Shown: positions 11,963 through 24,800 of the stretch, piece after piece
Numbering within the stretch: position 1 is the stretch's first letter
How the letters are laid out: every line of letters starts with the position of its first letter
From: Podarcis bocagei
Lineage: Eukaryota
Strand: one strand, 5' to 3'
DNA length: 64,000 nucleotides
Assembly (NCBI GenBank): GCA_964188305.1
Contig: OZ076888.1
Notes under the pieces: generated by a model
What the model was told of the DNA's origin: nothing
The model's input: only the letters and a program-made list of their open reading frames with translations
The model's database searches: none
Made by a program: the position numbers and the translations under genes

Positions 11963-14900
11963 GTGAGTGACCTGGCCCTGCAGGGCAGCGGATAGGGAAG
12001 CACAGCATGCCACATTGCCCTGGAGAGATTGACATTATGTTTTATGCATGCACATATTGAGGTCATAGGGCTAGCAACTGTGTAGAGGAAGATCTCAAAA
12101 ATTCCTTCTACAACAGCAAATACTAATAGGATAACAGCAGTGGGAACGTGTCCCACAGATATAATGAAGTGCCTGTTGTGCCCCAAATCGTATTTCCCAC
12201 CCACCCATACCTATACTTCTCCACCTCTTGGCTACTTGCAGTTCTTCAGTGCTTCTTATGCATACCACAAAGTCCTCCAGCATTTCTTCTCCTTTCATTG
12301 AGTGCAGCAGATTGGTCTTTGTGTCGAGCATCCTAGGTATTGGTCTGCCAGCACAGCTATTGAGAACAGGTATATTAATCTCCTCTTTCATCACTCAGAC
12401 AACTGGACAAGAACCACATCAGCTGCATTGAGGAAGGGGCCTTCCGTGCTCTCCGTGGCCTGGAAGTTTTGTAAGTGTCTCGGGGGGGGGGGGGGGCTCT
12501 GTAGAAGGTTTGTCCCATCAGGCTGGATGGAGAGCCTGCCTAGAGAAGCATGACTGTGGTAGAATTCAGCTCAGTTGATGGGAGGGTGGTCTGGAAGCAT
12601 CCTGGGGTTAGGGCTAACTCTTCACACGAAACAGTGCCCATCCCTAAATTTGGGCAAAGAGTCTGTTTTTCTATATAGCTTTATCACTGGTGTACGATTT
12701 GCAGGCTCAGGTGGCCATAGCCTTATCCCCTTCAAGTCCCACTCCACTCCTGGCCACATCAGAAATGTTTTTAACTTAGAGTGTATATCCTGAGATTCCC
12801 ACCCATGCTGGTAACATACAGGGTCCAGGTAGCATTCCATCTCCCCAGAAGGATGGAGGTCTTCTGGTATTACACCGATTCTGTATCAGTTGCAGTGCTT
12901 CCCAGCAGAACTGAAAGTGCTATTTTCCACCTTTAGAGCCCTCATTGGTTTGGGGCTAAGTTATTAGAAGGAGAAGCTGTGCCTGTATGAACCTACCTTT
13001 GCTTTAAGGTGGATATCAGAAGCCCTACTTGTTGGCCTGCATTTGAGATCATTTAGATTGGTGGGAACCAGGAACCAGAGCCTTCTCAGTGGTGGCCCCT
13101 ACTCTATGGGATAACCTCCCTAGAGAAGTGTTCACTTTAGCTTCAGTATTTAATTTGTTTTGAACTATTTTTAATGTTGAATTTTAAATTGTTTTCAAAG
13201 GGCGGGTGATAAATCAATACAACAACAATAGTAATAATTGGTAATAATCATCCTATTATATTACTATGCAATTGTGCATAGGATTGTAGCTTAAGAGGGT
13301 TTTTTAAATCCCAGTGGTGAAAACAAAGGAAAACAAATAACATTATACCTGGGCTGGTTTCAAAAGTGATCAAGTGACAACCCAAAGCCCAGTAGCTCCC
13401 CTTGTGCAAACCACTGGAGCCTGGTCCTGATCTTACTAATGTCAGCAGGGCCTTCCTCCCAAGCTTGAGGGGAGTGTTGGGTCAGATGAAGGGATTGCAT
13501 GCAATCCCAGGGAAGCTGATCTATTAGTCAATGTAACTTTTCTTGCTAAGATGAGCCCTAAAATTCACCTGTTGCTCTGTCATTCTAAGATCCTCTGTTG
13601 TAGGGGTGTGTTAGAACTGGCCCTTGCTTCTCCCATGCTGAAAGTGATTTTGAAAATAAGATGTGCTGTCAATCTGAGAAGTGTCACATGCCACTCTGTG
13701 AGCGTTGTTTGTTTGTGTGTACACTGCACACACAGCCAGATGAAAGGACAAGATGTTTCTCTCCAGCGTTCACTGATGCTCTTCCTCTTCCTCCTTCCTG
13801 CAGGACTTTGAACAACAACAACATCAGCACCATCCCCATCTCCAGCTTCAACCATATGCCCAAACTGCGCACCTTGTGAGCACATGATGAAGCAGCCCAA
13901 GGGCGGAGGGATTGGGGGTGGGGTGGAAGACTGCAGACTAGACATTTCATAAAGCATGGTGGGCTGGGAGCTACCAGTCCATACAAGGAATCCTGGTGGC
14001 AACTTTTCAGTTTTAGGTCCTGCAGATCTCCCGTCTTGGCACTGATGTTTTCATAGTAGGTAATGCCTAACCCTGTGCCCTGGATCCCAAGAACTTGGGG
14101 CCCTACGAAGATGTGGGATGCTGCCCCCCAATGGCAGAAAAAGTCACAGCTCTGTTCATGGAGTTGTTGGCTCCTTTAATGACAAGGTGTATCATGGGAC
14201 AGAAAGGGGTGGCATTAATGTGGACACTGGGTGACAGCAATCCAGTCCATGGAATGCAGAGTAAAAAAAGAGGTAAAGGTAAAGGACCCCAGACAGTTAA
14301 GTCCAGTCGCGAACAACTCTGAGGTTGCGGCGCTCATCTTGCTTTACTGGCCGAGGGAGCTGGCATTTGTCCGTAGACAGTTTTTCCGGGTCATGTGGCC
14401 AGCATGACTAAGCCGCTTCTGGTGAAACCAGAGCAGTGCACGGAAATCCCGTTAACTTTCCCACCGGAGCGGTACCTATTTATCTACTTGCACTTTGACA
14501 TGCTTTTGAACTGCTGGGTTGGCAGGAGCAGGGATCGAGCAACTGGAGCTCTCCCCGTCGCAGGGATTCGAACCGCCAACCTTCTGATCGGCAAGCCCAA
14601 GGCTCAGTGGTTTACACCACAGTGCCACCCGCATCCCAGAATGCAAAGTACTAAGGCCCAAATCCCACAGCTTCAGATCCCTGTTGGACTGGACTCTCCT
14701 TCCCAGGAAATGTCCCCACATTTTCATTCCAGCTCTGTAAACCCAAGTCTGTCTCTCTAGAAATGGCTTTACCTACAGTATCTATGCAGGTGTCTCAAGA
14801 GGTAGCTGTGGAAAGAAAGTGATTGATGTTTCTTCCCCTGCCCCAACCTTTCCTCCCCTGGGTCCCTACAGCCGCTTGCACTCCAACCAGCTCTTCTGCG

Positions 14901-17900
14901 ATTGCCATTTGGGTTGGCTTTCCCAGTGGCTGCGCCAGCGCCCCACAATTGGGCTCTTCACACAGTGTGCCGGCCCTGCTGCCCTCCGTGGCCTCAACGT
15001 TGCAGAGATTCAGAAGAATGAATTCAGCTGTTCAGGTCAGTGGCATCTATGGGGTTCCAGAGAGCTTTGCAGACCCCCAAAATCACCAGAGAGAGGCCCC
15101 TTCTGCCCTCAGATTCAAGGCATATCAGCCCTGGAACCAAAGAGTTAGTGAAACCCGCCACAGGAGACCATTGGTCTCTCAAATTAACACAGACGCTCTT
15201 ACCATGACACGTTAGTTTCAGGAGCTCTTGTGTCTCGTGTGCAGGCCATGGTGGTCGCATGACTGCAGCTTGGACTGCAGAAATTCTTTTAAAAGCATCG
15301 TCTCCTTTTATCCTGCATTTTTCTATTTCTGACAGTGTGAAGCTATCAAACCATTAGTGCTGGAAGCTGCCATCTTGAAAGATGCCCGCTTGCTCCCTGT
15401 GCTCTTTATGTAGTTTTCCTCCTCAGCGTTGTGAAATGGTGCACCATGCTGCCCTTTCTATCTCATGCTCATTTGTGCACTTGCCCTCCCCTGTCCATTT
15501 CTTGTCTCTGCTGATTTGAACTATCAACCTGTGCAGCAGTTCTGCAAATGTATATGCCTGCATATGTATTCATCTCTACATGTCAACATCTGTGGAGAGG
15601 GGCTGAGAGGAGGGTGTGCTAGTGGCCCAAAGGCTCTCTAGCTGCCCTGAAGAAAGAACACATTCCAAAACCCCAGCAGACCACAAGCAAAGAACAGGTA
15701 GGCAGGGCTAGGGATGCCCTGCAGTGCTGTGGGTTGCAAGCCCTATGCAAAGAGGATGCACTAAGCTTCTGCATTCTTCTCTGCAGGCCAGATGGATGCT
15801 ACCAGGACCCAAATCTGCAGCTTTTCATCAGGTTCCTGTCCCGCCATGTGCACCTGCAGCAATGGCATTGTGGACTGTCGCGGCAAGGGGCTGACAGCCA
15901 TCCCTGCCAACTTGCCTGAGACCATGACTGAGATGTGAGTGGATACTAGGAACATGGTGGGTAGGCAGGGGATGGTGGGACCTGAGCACTAGCACCCTTC
16001 CTAATCACATCTACTCTGCTTGGGTGCTCCTGTCTCCTTTGGCTAGTATTGATTCAGCTGGTATTGGAACAGAGAATATATTGTTGCCTAAGGAGCACCG
16101 TAGGGCAATTCTCAACTGTGACCTTATGTCAGGGGTGGGGAACCTCTGGCCCATGGACCAGATTTGGCCTGCCAGGCCATTTCACTCAAGCCATATGCAT
16201 GATGTGAGGACAGGGCATGACTGAAAGGGGCTTTCCAAACACCCCACAATCAGCCAGTTGCCATGTGTCTGGGAAACGAAGCACAAAGCACTTTGAGAGG
16301 CGTGTGTCCAGCATTTCCCAAGCACCAAGCATGTGACTAGCAAAGCACTCTGCACAGTGCTTTCCCAAACATCTGGCAATCACCTGGTTTGCTGGGCATT
16401 TGGGAAGTGCTGTACAAAGCTTTGACAGGTGTCGATCACCTGATGCCATTATGTGTCAGGTGACTGGCATATGGGTGGCCCTACTGACTGTTGAAGTTGG
16501 CCCACAAGGGTAGGGGGAGATAAAGATGTGGTCCACTGGTCCATAAAGCTTCACCACTCCTCCCTTATGCAGAGATGACTCTAGTTTTTGCCAGTCCCTT
16601 TTGTGGCTAAAAGCTGTACCAGGATCAGAGATTTCTGCTTCCAGAGAACTGGGGGAGATGTGTCAAAGTGAACTATCCAGGAATACAGCTGTCTGCCTAC
16701 TCTTGGGGACTACCTCCTGTCTGATCTCTGTGGCATCCTTGTTGGAAGAGATGGCACTTCATGTGGCTCCCATGGTGCAGTCAAGCTGATTTGCTTCCTT
16801 GTGTTCTGTTTCCCATGCAGACGCTTAGAACTGAATGGCATCAAGTCTATCCCACCTGGAGCCTTCTCGTCATATAAGAAGCTACGAAGGATGTGAGTGT
16901 CTTCAGCCAGAGTGAACAGTGCTGGGCTTGATGGACAAATAGTCTGTGCAGGCCTAAGGCAATACCTTCTGTCCAGACATGATATGGGCAGAGGGGAAGC
17001 AGGTGTTGCATTGTAAGGTGTACTCGAGGGAGCACAGAGCTGTATTGGCTGGTGTGCACCTCCATCTCCGTCCTGCTAAGGAACAGGAGTGAAGCCTTTA
17101 TTATACTCTGTAAAGAACACAAGGTGGGAGAGGCACCTTCAGAGAAGGAAGGAGCAGTGACTACATGCGTGGGAGCGTTAACTTTGCCTTTGCCTTTCAG
17201 AGACCTGAGCAACAACCAGATCTTGGAGATTGCGCCTGATGCCTTCCAAGGCCTGCGCTCACTCAACTCTCTGTGAGTAGCCTCAGTGGGAACAAGCATG
17301 GCAGATATTAGTTTAGGTGGGGAAGTGAAATGCCACTTGTATGCAGCATGAGAATGTTCTTGCACAAGCTCCACGCACAGGCTATGCGCTGTGGCTTCCT
17401 GAATATGCCAATTCCAACTCACAGCCCCCTTGGCCAACATATTGCTTGGCCTTTCTAATTCCCAGTTGCTGCCGATAATGTTAGCATGTGAGTTGCCCCA
17501 CCCACCACACTCCCCCACCACCCACTGCACCAGCAAGTTAATGTGGCTCCATTCCAAAGAGCAATCTGTGTCATAGTTGTCTCTTGAAATGCAATTTTGC
17601 AGGCACAGCTCCAGGTGGCGAGTGTTTGCATGAAGCAGCTCTCCATGGTCCTATGGCAATTTCAGCCACACCGTTTCAACCCTTCTCTTTCGAAGGTTTG
17701 CAATGGAACGAGCGAAACTGCTGCAACCTAGCTGTTTCAAGTTGCTGCATATGGCCATTTGCATATACGAACTGGGCCTCAGTGGGGACTTAAATCACAT
17801 TTGAATCCAGATTCCCTGATGCTGGCATCATAAGCCAGCTGGCACCTCACAGTCTCATTATCGTTACGTCCGTTATGTATGAAGGGTGAACCTGGGTTCA

Positions 17901-18883
17901 GTTGTTCAAGATGGCCTCTTTCCTCAAGATACATCAGGACGTAACCACCGAGAGACACTACTAATTCAAGCACTGGTTTTGTTTCTTTTCCAGAGTCTTG
18001 TACGGGAACAAGATCACAGAGCTGCCCAAAGGGGTATTCGGGGGCTTGTATGCACTGCAACTACTGTAAGCACAAGTGAGAGGGATGGCTAGAGGGCCAT
18101 TTGGACATCACTATAGCAGGGGGCGAGTGTCAGTGTGGAAACCTTGTTCCAGATGGCAAAGGGGCTCCAGACCTCACATCTGGCTCCTATACAATTTCAG
18201 CATAGTTCTGTACAAACCTGACAGCCCTTTATCTCTTCCCTGGAATCTGCAACTCTCCTTACTACTTAACAAGCCTTTTCTTCTTCCCTGCCTTCATCTT
18301 CCACACAGGCTGCTTCACTGTCCCCTGTTTCTACTCCACAATCCCATCTAGAGTTACTGTCTTCTCCCCAGCTTTAATCTTTGCTTTCCTCCTCATCTGC
18401 CTATATTCCTCATCTATACCAGGGGTCAGCAACCTGCGACCCATGGGCCACAAGTGGCCCACAGGGGTCATTTAAACAACCCACAAGCCGCCCGCTCAGT
18501 GAGTCCCTGTGCGCTGAGCTAAACTGGAGCAGTGTGGAGCGGGAACTCGCTTCTGCAGCACCGGAAATCGCGTCTGCACAGATGCAGACGCTGAAAATTG
18601 CATCTGCACAGGCGCGATCCGGCCCACGGAGCGATCTCCGTGGGAGTGAAGCATCCCAGGTGAGGTAAACCTTGCCGACCCCTGATCTATACTATCCCTT
18701 CCTTCTGTCCACCTCAGATTCAGGGAAGGGTTGTGGATATCCTGTCTCCTCACCTGTCTTCTTTGTGGCCATTTTGTTCTCTGACCTACTATCACTTGGT
18801 CTAGGCTGTGTGAGTAACATGCTGGGTGTTAGTTGAGTGGGTGGGATCTGCAGATTCCCCTGCTGTGAGCAATGGCTAAGAAT

Positions 18884-18932
<49 letters not shown>

Positions 18933-21780
18933 TAGCCACTACCACTATGACCATCACACACTCTGATATGGTGTTTTGTGCTCCTTCACTCCAGGCTCCT
19001 GAATGCCAACAAGATCAACTGCATCCGGGCAGATGCCTTTGCTGACCTGCAGAACCTGTCGCTGCTCTCACTGTACGACAACAAGATCCAGACCTTGGCC
19101 AAGGGCACCTTTGCCACCTTACGAGCCATCCAGACTCTGTGAGTGCTGGCTTCTCTGAAGATATGTCCAATGAGAACAGGGTTCTGTGGGAGGAAGGGAG
19201 GAAATGCCCTTGGAACATTGGGGTCCCACTGAGAAGGCAGGGAAGATTCTGTGGCCAAGGCAGGAGATTACCACAGGGGCAGAGCTCTAGAAAGAGAGCA
19301 AAAAGCATTGCAAGGTCATGCTTTTGCAACCATGTTCAAGACCAGCCTTCCCTAATTGGGTGTCTTCCCATAACTTGGCTGGAGCTGATGGAAGGATGGA
19401 AGTTGTTCCAAAAATATCTGAAGGGCATCAAGTTGGGGAAGACTTCCGTAGGGTGTAGAGGCTGGCCCAGGGCCATTGGCAGAGCCCAACATCCTGGCAC
19501 CAAAGTGAGGTCACAAGGAAATGGACCACTTTGCCTTTGGGGTGCCTACAAGAGCATTCAGCATTATGCCAGCTAGAAGCAGCATCTTGGTTGCTAGATT
19601 TAAGGTTGCTCTGACAGCAGCCACCAGAAGAACTCTGAAATTCAAGCTGCTCTTGTTTCTTTCCCTCTACAGCCATCTGGCCCAGAACCCCTTTATTTGC
19701 GACTGCAACCTGAAGTGGCTGGCAGACTTCTTGCGTGCCAATCCTATTGAAACAAGTGGTGCTCGCTGTGCCAGCCCCCGCCGCCTCGCCAACAAGCGCA
19801 TCGGACAGATCAAGAGCAAGAAATTCCGCTGCTCCCGTATGAATGATCTTCTTCTGTAGGGCTGCGTATAGTTTTGGGGATCAGGACAGAGCAGATATTG
19901 GATGTCCCCCTGCACTTCATTGCATACTTATTCAGGGATCCTGACATTAGCACCTCAGTGAAATCTAGGGGAAGATATTGTAGAAACATGGCCCCCCAAC
20001 TGAAAAACTGCAGTGTTTCTGTTCTCTTATTTTAAAAATTAACTCTTTCATCTTGTGCACACTTTGATGGCTGGTGGTGTATTTGTCTATTTTTCATCAG
20101 AAATATATATTAAGTTAATATGCATGATGTCATTTCAAACATATGTATCTGGATAGAAATATGCATTCTGTTTTCATTTCACACACTGCAGTATATATAC
20201 TCGTTCATACATGTTTGAGGAAGTTATGAGCAGCACGGCCTTTAATATCTTAAATTTGCTGCATTCAGATTAACACTCTGCATATTTCTGTTCACAGCCA
20301 AAGAACAGTATTTCATTCCAGGTAAGGGAGCCAGTATGGAGATGCTAGAATTTGCACGTGAGTTGCATGCATATGTTTGTGGTATGTTTGCACTACTGGA
20401 AGAATGAGGTTGCAGCCTTGCAGGATTGCTGTTATGATGTATTTTTAGTGGCTTGCATTAGATCCAGCAGTGGTGGCATGGACTGTTTGCAGGCACTGTG
20501 TCCTTCCAGAGGCTCAGAACAAGATCAATCAGTCTCTGTCTTTTATATCTGCCTTCTCCGTTTGCTGTAGCACAGGAGTGGCAAACTCAATAGACCACAA
20601 GTGGTCCACAGCCAGTTTCAATTTGTCAAGTCTCCACTGCTGCTGGCTACTCGGTGGTGGTGCCACTTATTGGAGCCTTACTCTATGTGCAGAAATTATG
20701 CTTAATTATGCTGGCCAGAGGATTTATATATTTTTATTTATGAGTTCTGCATTTAACTGGGATCCCTGATAAAGCAGAGCTCCCAGATGCCTGGTGGCTT
20801 CTACAGTTCTACTCACATTCAAGCAGCCATGGTAGAAGCTTCCTGGGGCAGAGTCAGCATGTGAGGCCTCATGCCCTCAAACAGAAGGAATCCCCTTCCA
20901 GAATATTATGCTTATGCAACAGTGCCAAGTATTCACACACACCTCTGTGTGCACACTTTCTCATTTCTTTCTCTTGGTGGCAGGTACGGAAGATTACCAG
21001 TTGAACAGTGAATGTCACAGTGACGTCGTCTGCCCCCCCAAGTGCCGCTGCGAAGCCAACGTGGTCGAGTGTTCCAACCTGAAGCTGACAAAGATCCCAG
21101 AGCGCCTCCCTCAAGCCACAGCTGAACTGTAAGTCAGCATGCTTTGGCCATATCTAAGAACCATACTTCCTTCCTCACTATCAAAAACCAAGTACTCTTA
21201 TTTGCTTTCCGTGTGGCTTTATTTACACAGTTGTGGATAGCAAATGTTGCTATTGTAGGGTTGCTAGTGTTTTGAGGACTGATCTCTGTGGCAGGGACAT
21301 GGAGGCATTCTCTATGGTTTTGGGGTTTGCCCTCCCCCATCATGTATTGAGATGGAAGGACCTGCTTGCTGATTGGCTCCCCCTGCTGAGGCACACCTGA
21401 CTGGGTCTGCCTGCCATCTGTGAAGCAGGATTTTATTTTAACTCTATAGAGCCCAACAAACATAAGAAGAGCCCTGTTGGATCAGGCCAAATGTCCATTT
21501 AGTCCAGCATTCTGTTCTCACAGTGGCCTATGGGAAGCTTGCAAGCAGGATCTGACACAACAGTGCTCTTCCCACTTGTAATTCCCAGTGACTGGTATTT
21601 GGAAGAATGCTGCCTCTGACAGTTCCCTACATACTTGCTGCTAACCATGAATCTATGAAACTTGCAGTTCTTTTTCTTAAGGTGAAAATAGAAGTGAGGG
21701 GGAAACTCCTTGTTGTCTAAGGGTTTTTTTTCCTTCTCATACTTAATTCATACTTTGAATCACTGCAGTATGTCCAATTC

Positions 21781-21838
<58 letters not shown>

Positions 21839-24800
21839 CCCACCCATCTGACTGGGTTGCCTCAGCCACTCATCTAAGATTCCTAACTTCTGTACCCAGT
21901 GTTCATCTTACACACTGACAAAGCTTAGAACTTCTATTTCTGGTGCATTTTTCACTCCAGTGCCTCTGCCTTCTGTAGTGCACTGCATTGCACCCAGCAT
22001 CCCATATTGTGTACTAAACAGGTATCTGAAGCCTTTTATATGAAGCATTTATTCTCCATGCAAGCACAGTGGAATGGCCCTTGGCCCTATCCAGTACTGA
22101 GTCTTTCATTGGGCCATTTCACCTTCTATTTCTATTCTATATTAAATTCTTTGAAATTATCTGTGTGTAGGAAAAGGGCACATTGTTCATGTGGACAAGT
22201 GGCTTTCTGCTGCAGATGCTTGATTTAGAAAGCTGGTGTGTATTGGCTTTCAAAGCCATATACTTACTCCTGGCAGAACAATCCATTTGCATTATGCTTT
22301 ATATTCTGATATATATATATGCACATTTTTATACACAGGGATTAACTCAGTACAGAGTGGAAAGAATGTGTTAAGCAATGCAAAGTTAGTTTTCAGAGAT
22401 GGGCCTAGAATACACATATATTTTATTTTATTCATGGCTTTGCTTTCCGAGCTGTATGTTTGCAATCCTTTATTTCTGTTGCAGGCGGCTGAACAACAAT
22501 GAGATCACAGTGCTGGAGGCCACAGGCATCTTTAAGAAGCTCCCACACTTAAAGAAAATGTGAGTATGTGGGTAAGGGGTTCTCATAGCAGAGGAGATAC
22601 TCCAAAGACCTCTTGTGCACACAAGATCTGGGGGAAAGGAGGCGGCAATATGAACAGGGCTTAGAGTGCAGCAGTATTCCAACAGGAGCCAGATATTTCT
22701 AATGCAAGAGGCTGACATGTATGGCTAGAATGGAAAGGTCAAACTAGAGATGACCTTTGTCACATTGCGTGGTGTTGCATAGTTGATTTTTAAAAGTTGA
22801 ACAGCTGCCATAGGGGGGCCAGCCAGATCAGGACAATGGTGTGGAGTGAGGGGAGCTTTGACCCAGTGCTGGAATTGCCCCCCACCACCACCTCAACTGC
22901 TGTTTACAAGGAGAATAAAGCTTCCATTGACATCAGTGGGAGCTTTCCTTTCAGTGCAGGCACAGGATGGAGAAGATTCTGATCAAGGCTGCCAGGGGCT
23001 ACTCAATGGGCCTTCAGAAGCACAAATATTTTTTTAGAGGAAGTCAAAGGCTTAAAACTAAACATATGGCATACATTCAAAGTGGGTTCAGCAGGCGCAG
23101 GTTGCAGAAGAATTAAAGACAGCAAAATAAAACCAGCGCTGTTGGAACTACTACAAATATTCTTCATTTGTCTCTGTTGGAGAGAAATGCTCCTTGTAGG
23201 CTGCGCACTGAGTTGAGAAAACTTTCTGCCTGCTCCTGTGTTCTACTATCACTTCATGTTCCTTGCTTTCCCAGAAACCTGAGCAACAACAAGGTGTCAG
23301 AGATTGAGGATGGGGCCTTTGAAGGGGCAGCTTCAGTCAGTGAGCTACACCTGACGGTTAACCAGCTGGAGTCAGTGCGCAGCGCCATGTTCCGGGGCCT
23401 CGATGGGCTGCGGACCCTGTAAGTTGGCCTAACTGGGGTTGTTGACCTAACTGGGGTAGGGAAGATAGGAGAGAGGGGCAGCGGTGGGTTGTCAGTATGC
23501 AGGAGGAGTAGCAGGGTGGAGAATGCTGTCAGGCTCCTTTGGCTTTCAAGGGGTAGTTTGTAGAACGGGCTTCTTCCCATTCTCTGTCTTCCTTCCAGGA
23601 TGCTGAGGAACAACCGCATCAACTGCATCCACAACGACAGCTTCACGGGACTGCGCAATGTGCGCCTCCTCTCGCTGTACGACAATCAGATCAGCACCAT
23701 CGCACCTGGGGCTTTTGACACGTTGCAGTCACTCTCCACACTGTGAGTTGCGAGGCAGGGAAATTCTAACCTATTAACTAACCTCTGAACACGTTCAGTC
23801 CTCTATTCCTTGGTGAGAGCTGTCTGCACGGTGTAGGCCACTCTGCTACCCCACCTTGATTGTAGGGAGGATCCATAGCTCAGGAGTAGAACCCACACTT
23901 TCTATACAGCAGGTCCCTACTTTAATCCTTGGCCTCTCAAAAGCGCTCCTATGTAGCAGTATTGGGAAAAATCTGTCCCTAAGACTTTGGAGGGGTGCTA
24001 CCAGTATTGTAGACAAAACTGAGCTAAGCAGACCAGAGGGTTTGGCTTAGAATAAATCAGCTTCCTGCAAACATTGACTGTCTGGCCTATGTTTTAGGTC
24101 TTGAAAGGGAGAAGGTGATTGAGCCCTACCTGCCTACAAGCCTTTGCTAGATTATCCTGTGTTTGCCCAGTTTATTTATCTCCCTCCTGTACCCCTCCCG
24201 CCCAGGAACCTGCTGGCTAACCCCTTCAACTGCAATTGCCGCCTGGCCTGGTTAGGCGACTGGCTTCGTAGGAGGAAGATTGTGACTGGGAACCCCCGCT
24301 GCAATAATCCGGATTTCCTACGCCAAATCCCACTGCAGGATGTGGCCTTCCCCGACTTCAGGTGTGAGGAAGGTAACTCACAGGCTCTCGGTGGGGATGA
24401 GGAGGATGGGGAGGGAGCAATTAAGCAAACTGAGGCTATGATTGTATAGCAGGTGTATCTTCCCACAGACCCGCATAAGGCCCTATTTGAGTTTCCACTA
24501 GCAGACCAGTTGTGAAGGCTGTTGTGGTTGAACGAGGTTGATACTCCCATTAAGCCATAAATGTCCATCCCTTTTCCCTGTCCAGAGTTGTTGCAATATG
24601 AATTTAAACCAACAGAGGGCACACAGGAAGTCATTACGGAAAATGGGAGTGCCATGTATTAAGCCAGATTTTGAAAACACTGAATGTCCATTAGCCCAGG
24701 CAGCACAGTGTGTGTAAACTGCCTCAGCCCTCAAATCTTGCAGTGGCAGTTCACACATGGAAATGAGTTTCCTCACACAGATCAGTTGAAGTGGGAAGAA

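Noticed and set aside
14540-14637. tRNA-like A and B boxes here and at 1430-1490, 32600-32665, 41470-41500, 42730-42820
   Set aside because: SINE heads with SINE bodies and TSDs, not tRNA genes
16847-17557. 236-aa - strand ORF across SLIT1 exons 10-11
   Set aside because: Antisense to exons and introns, no protein-like features; other antisense ORFs over SLIT1 exons rejected likewise
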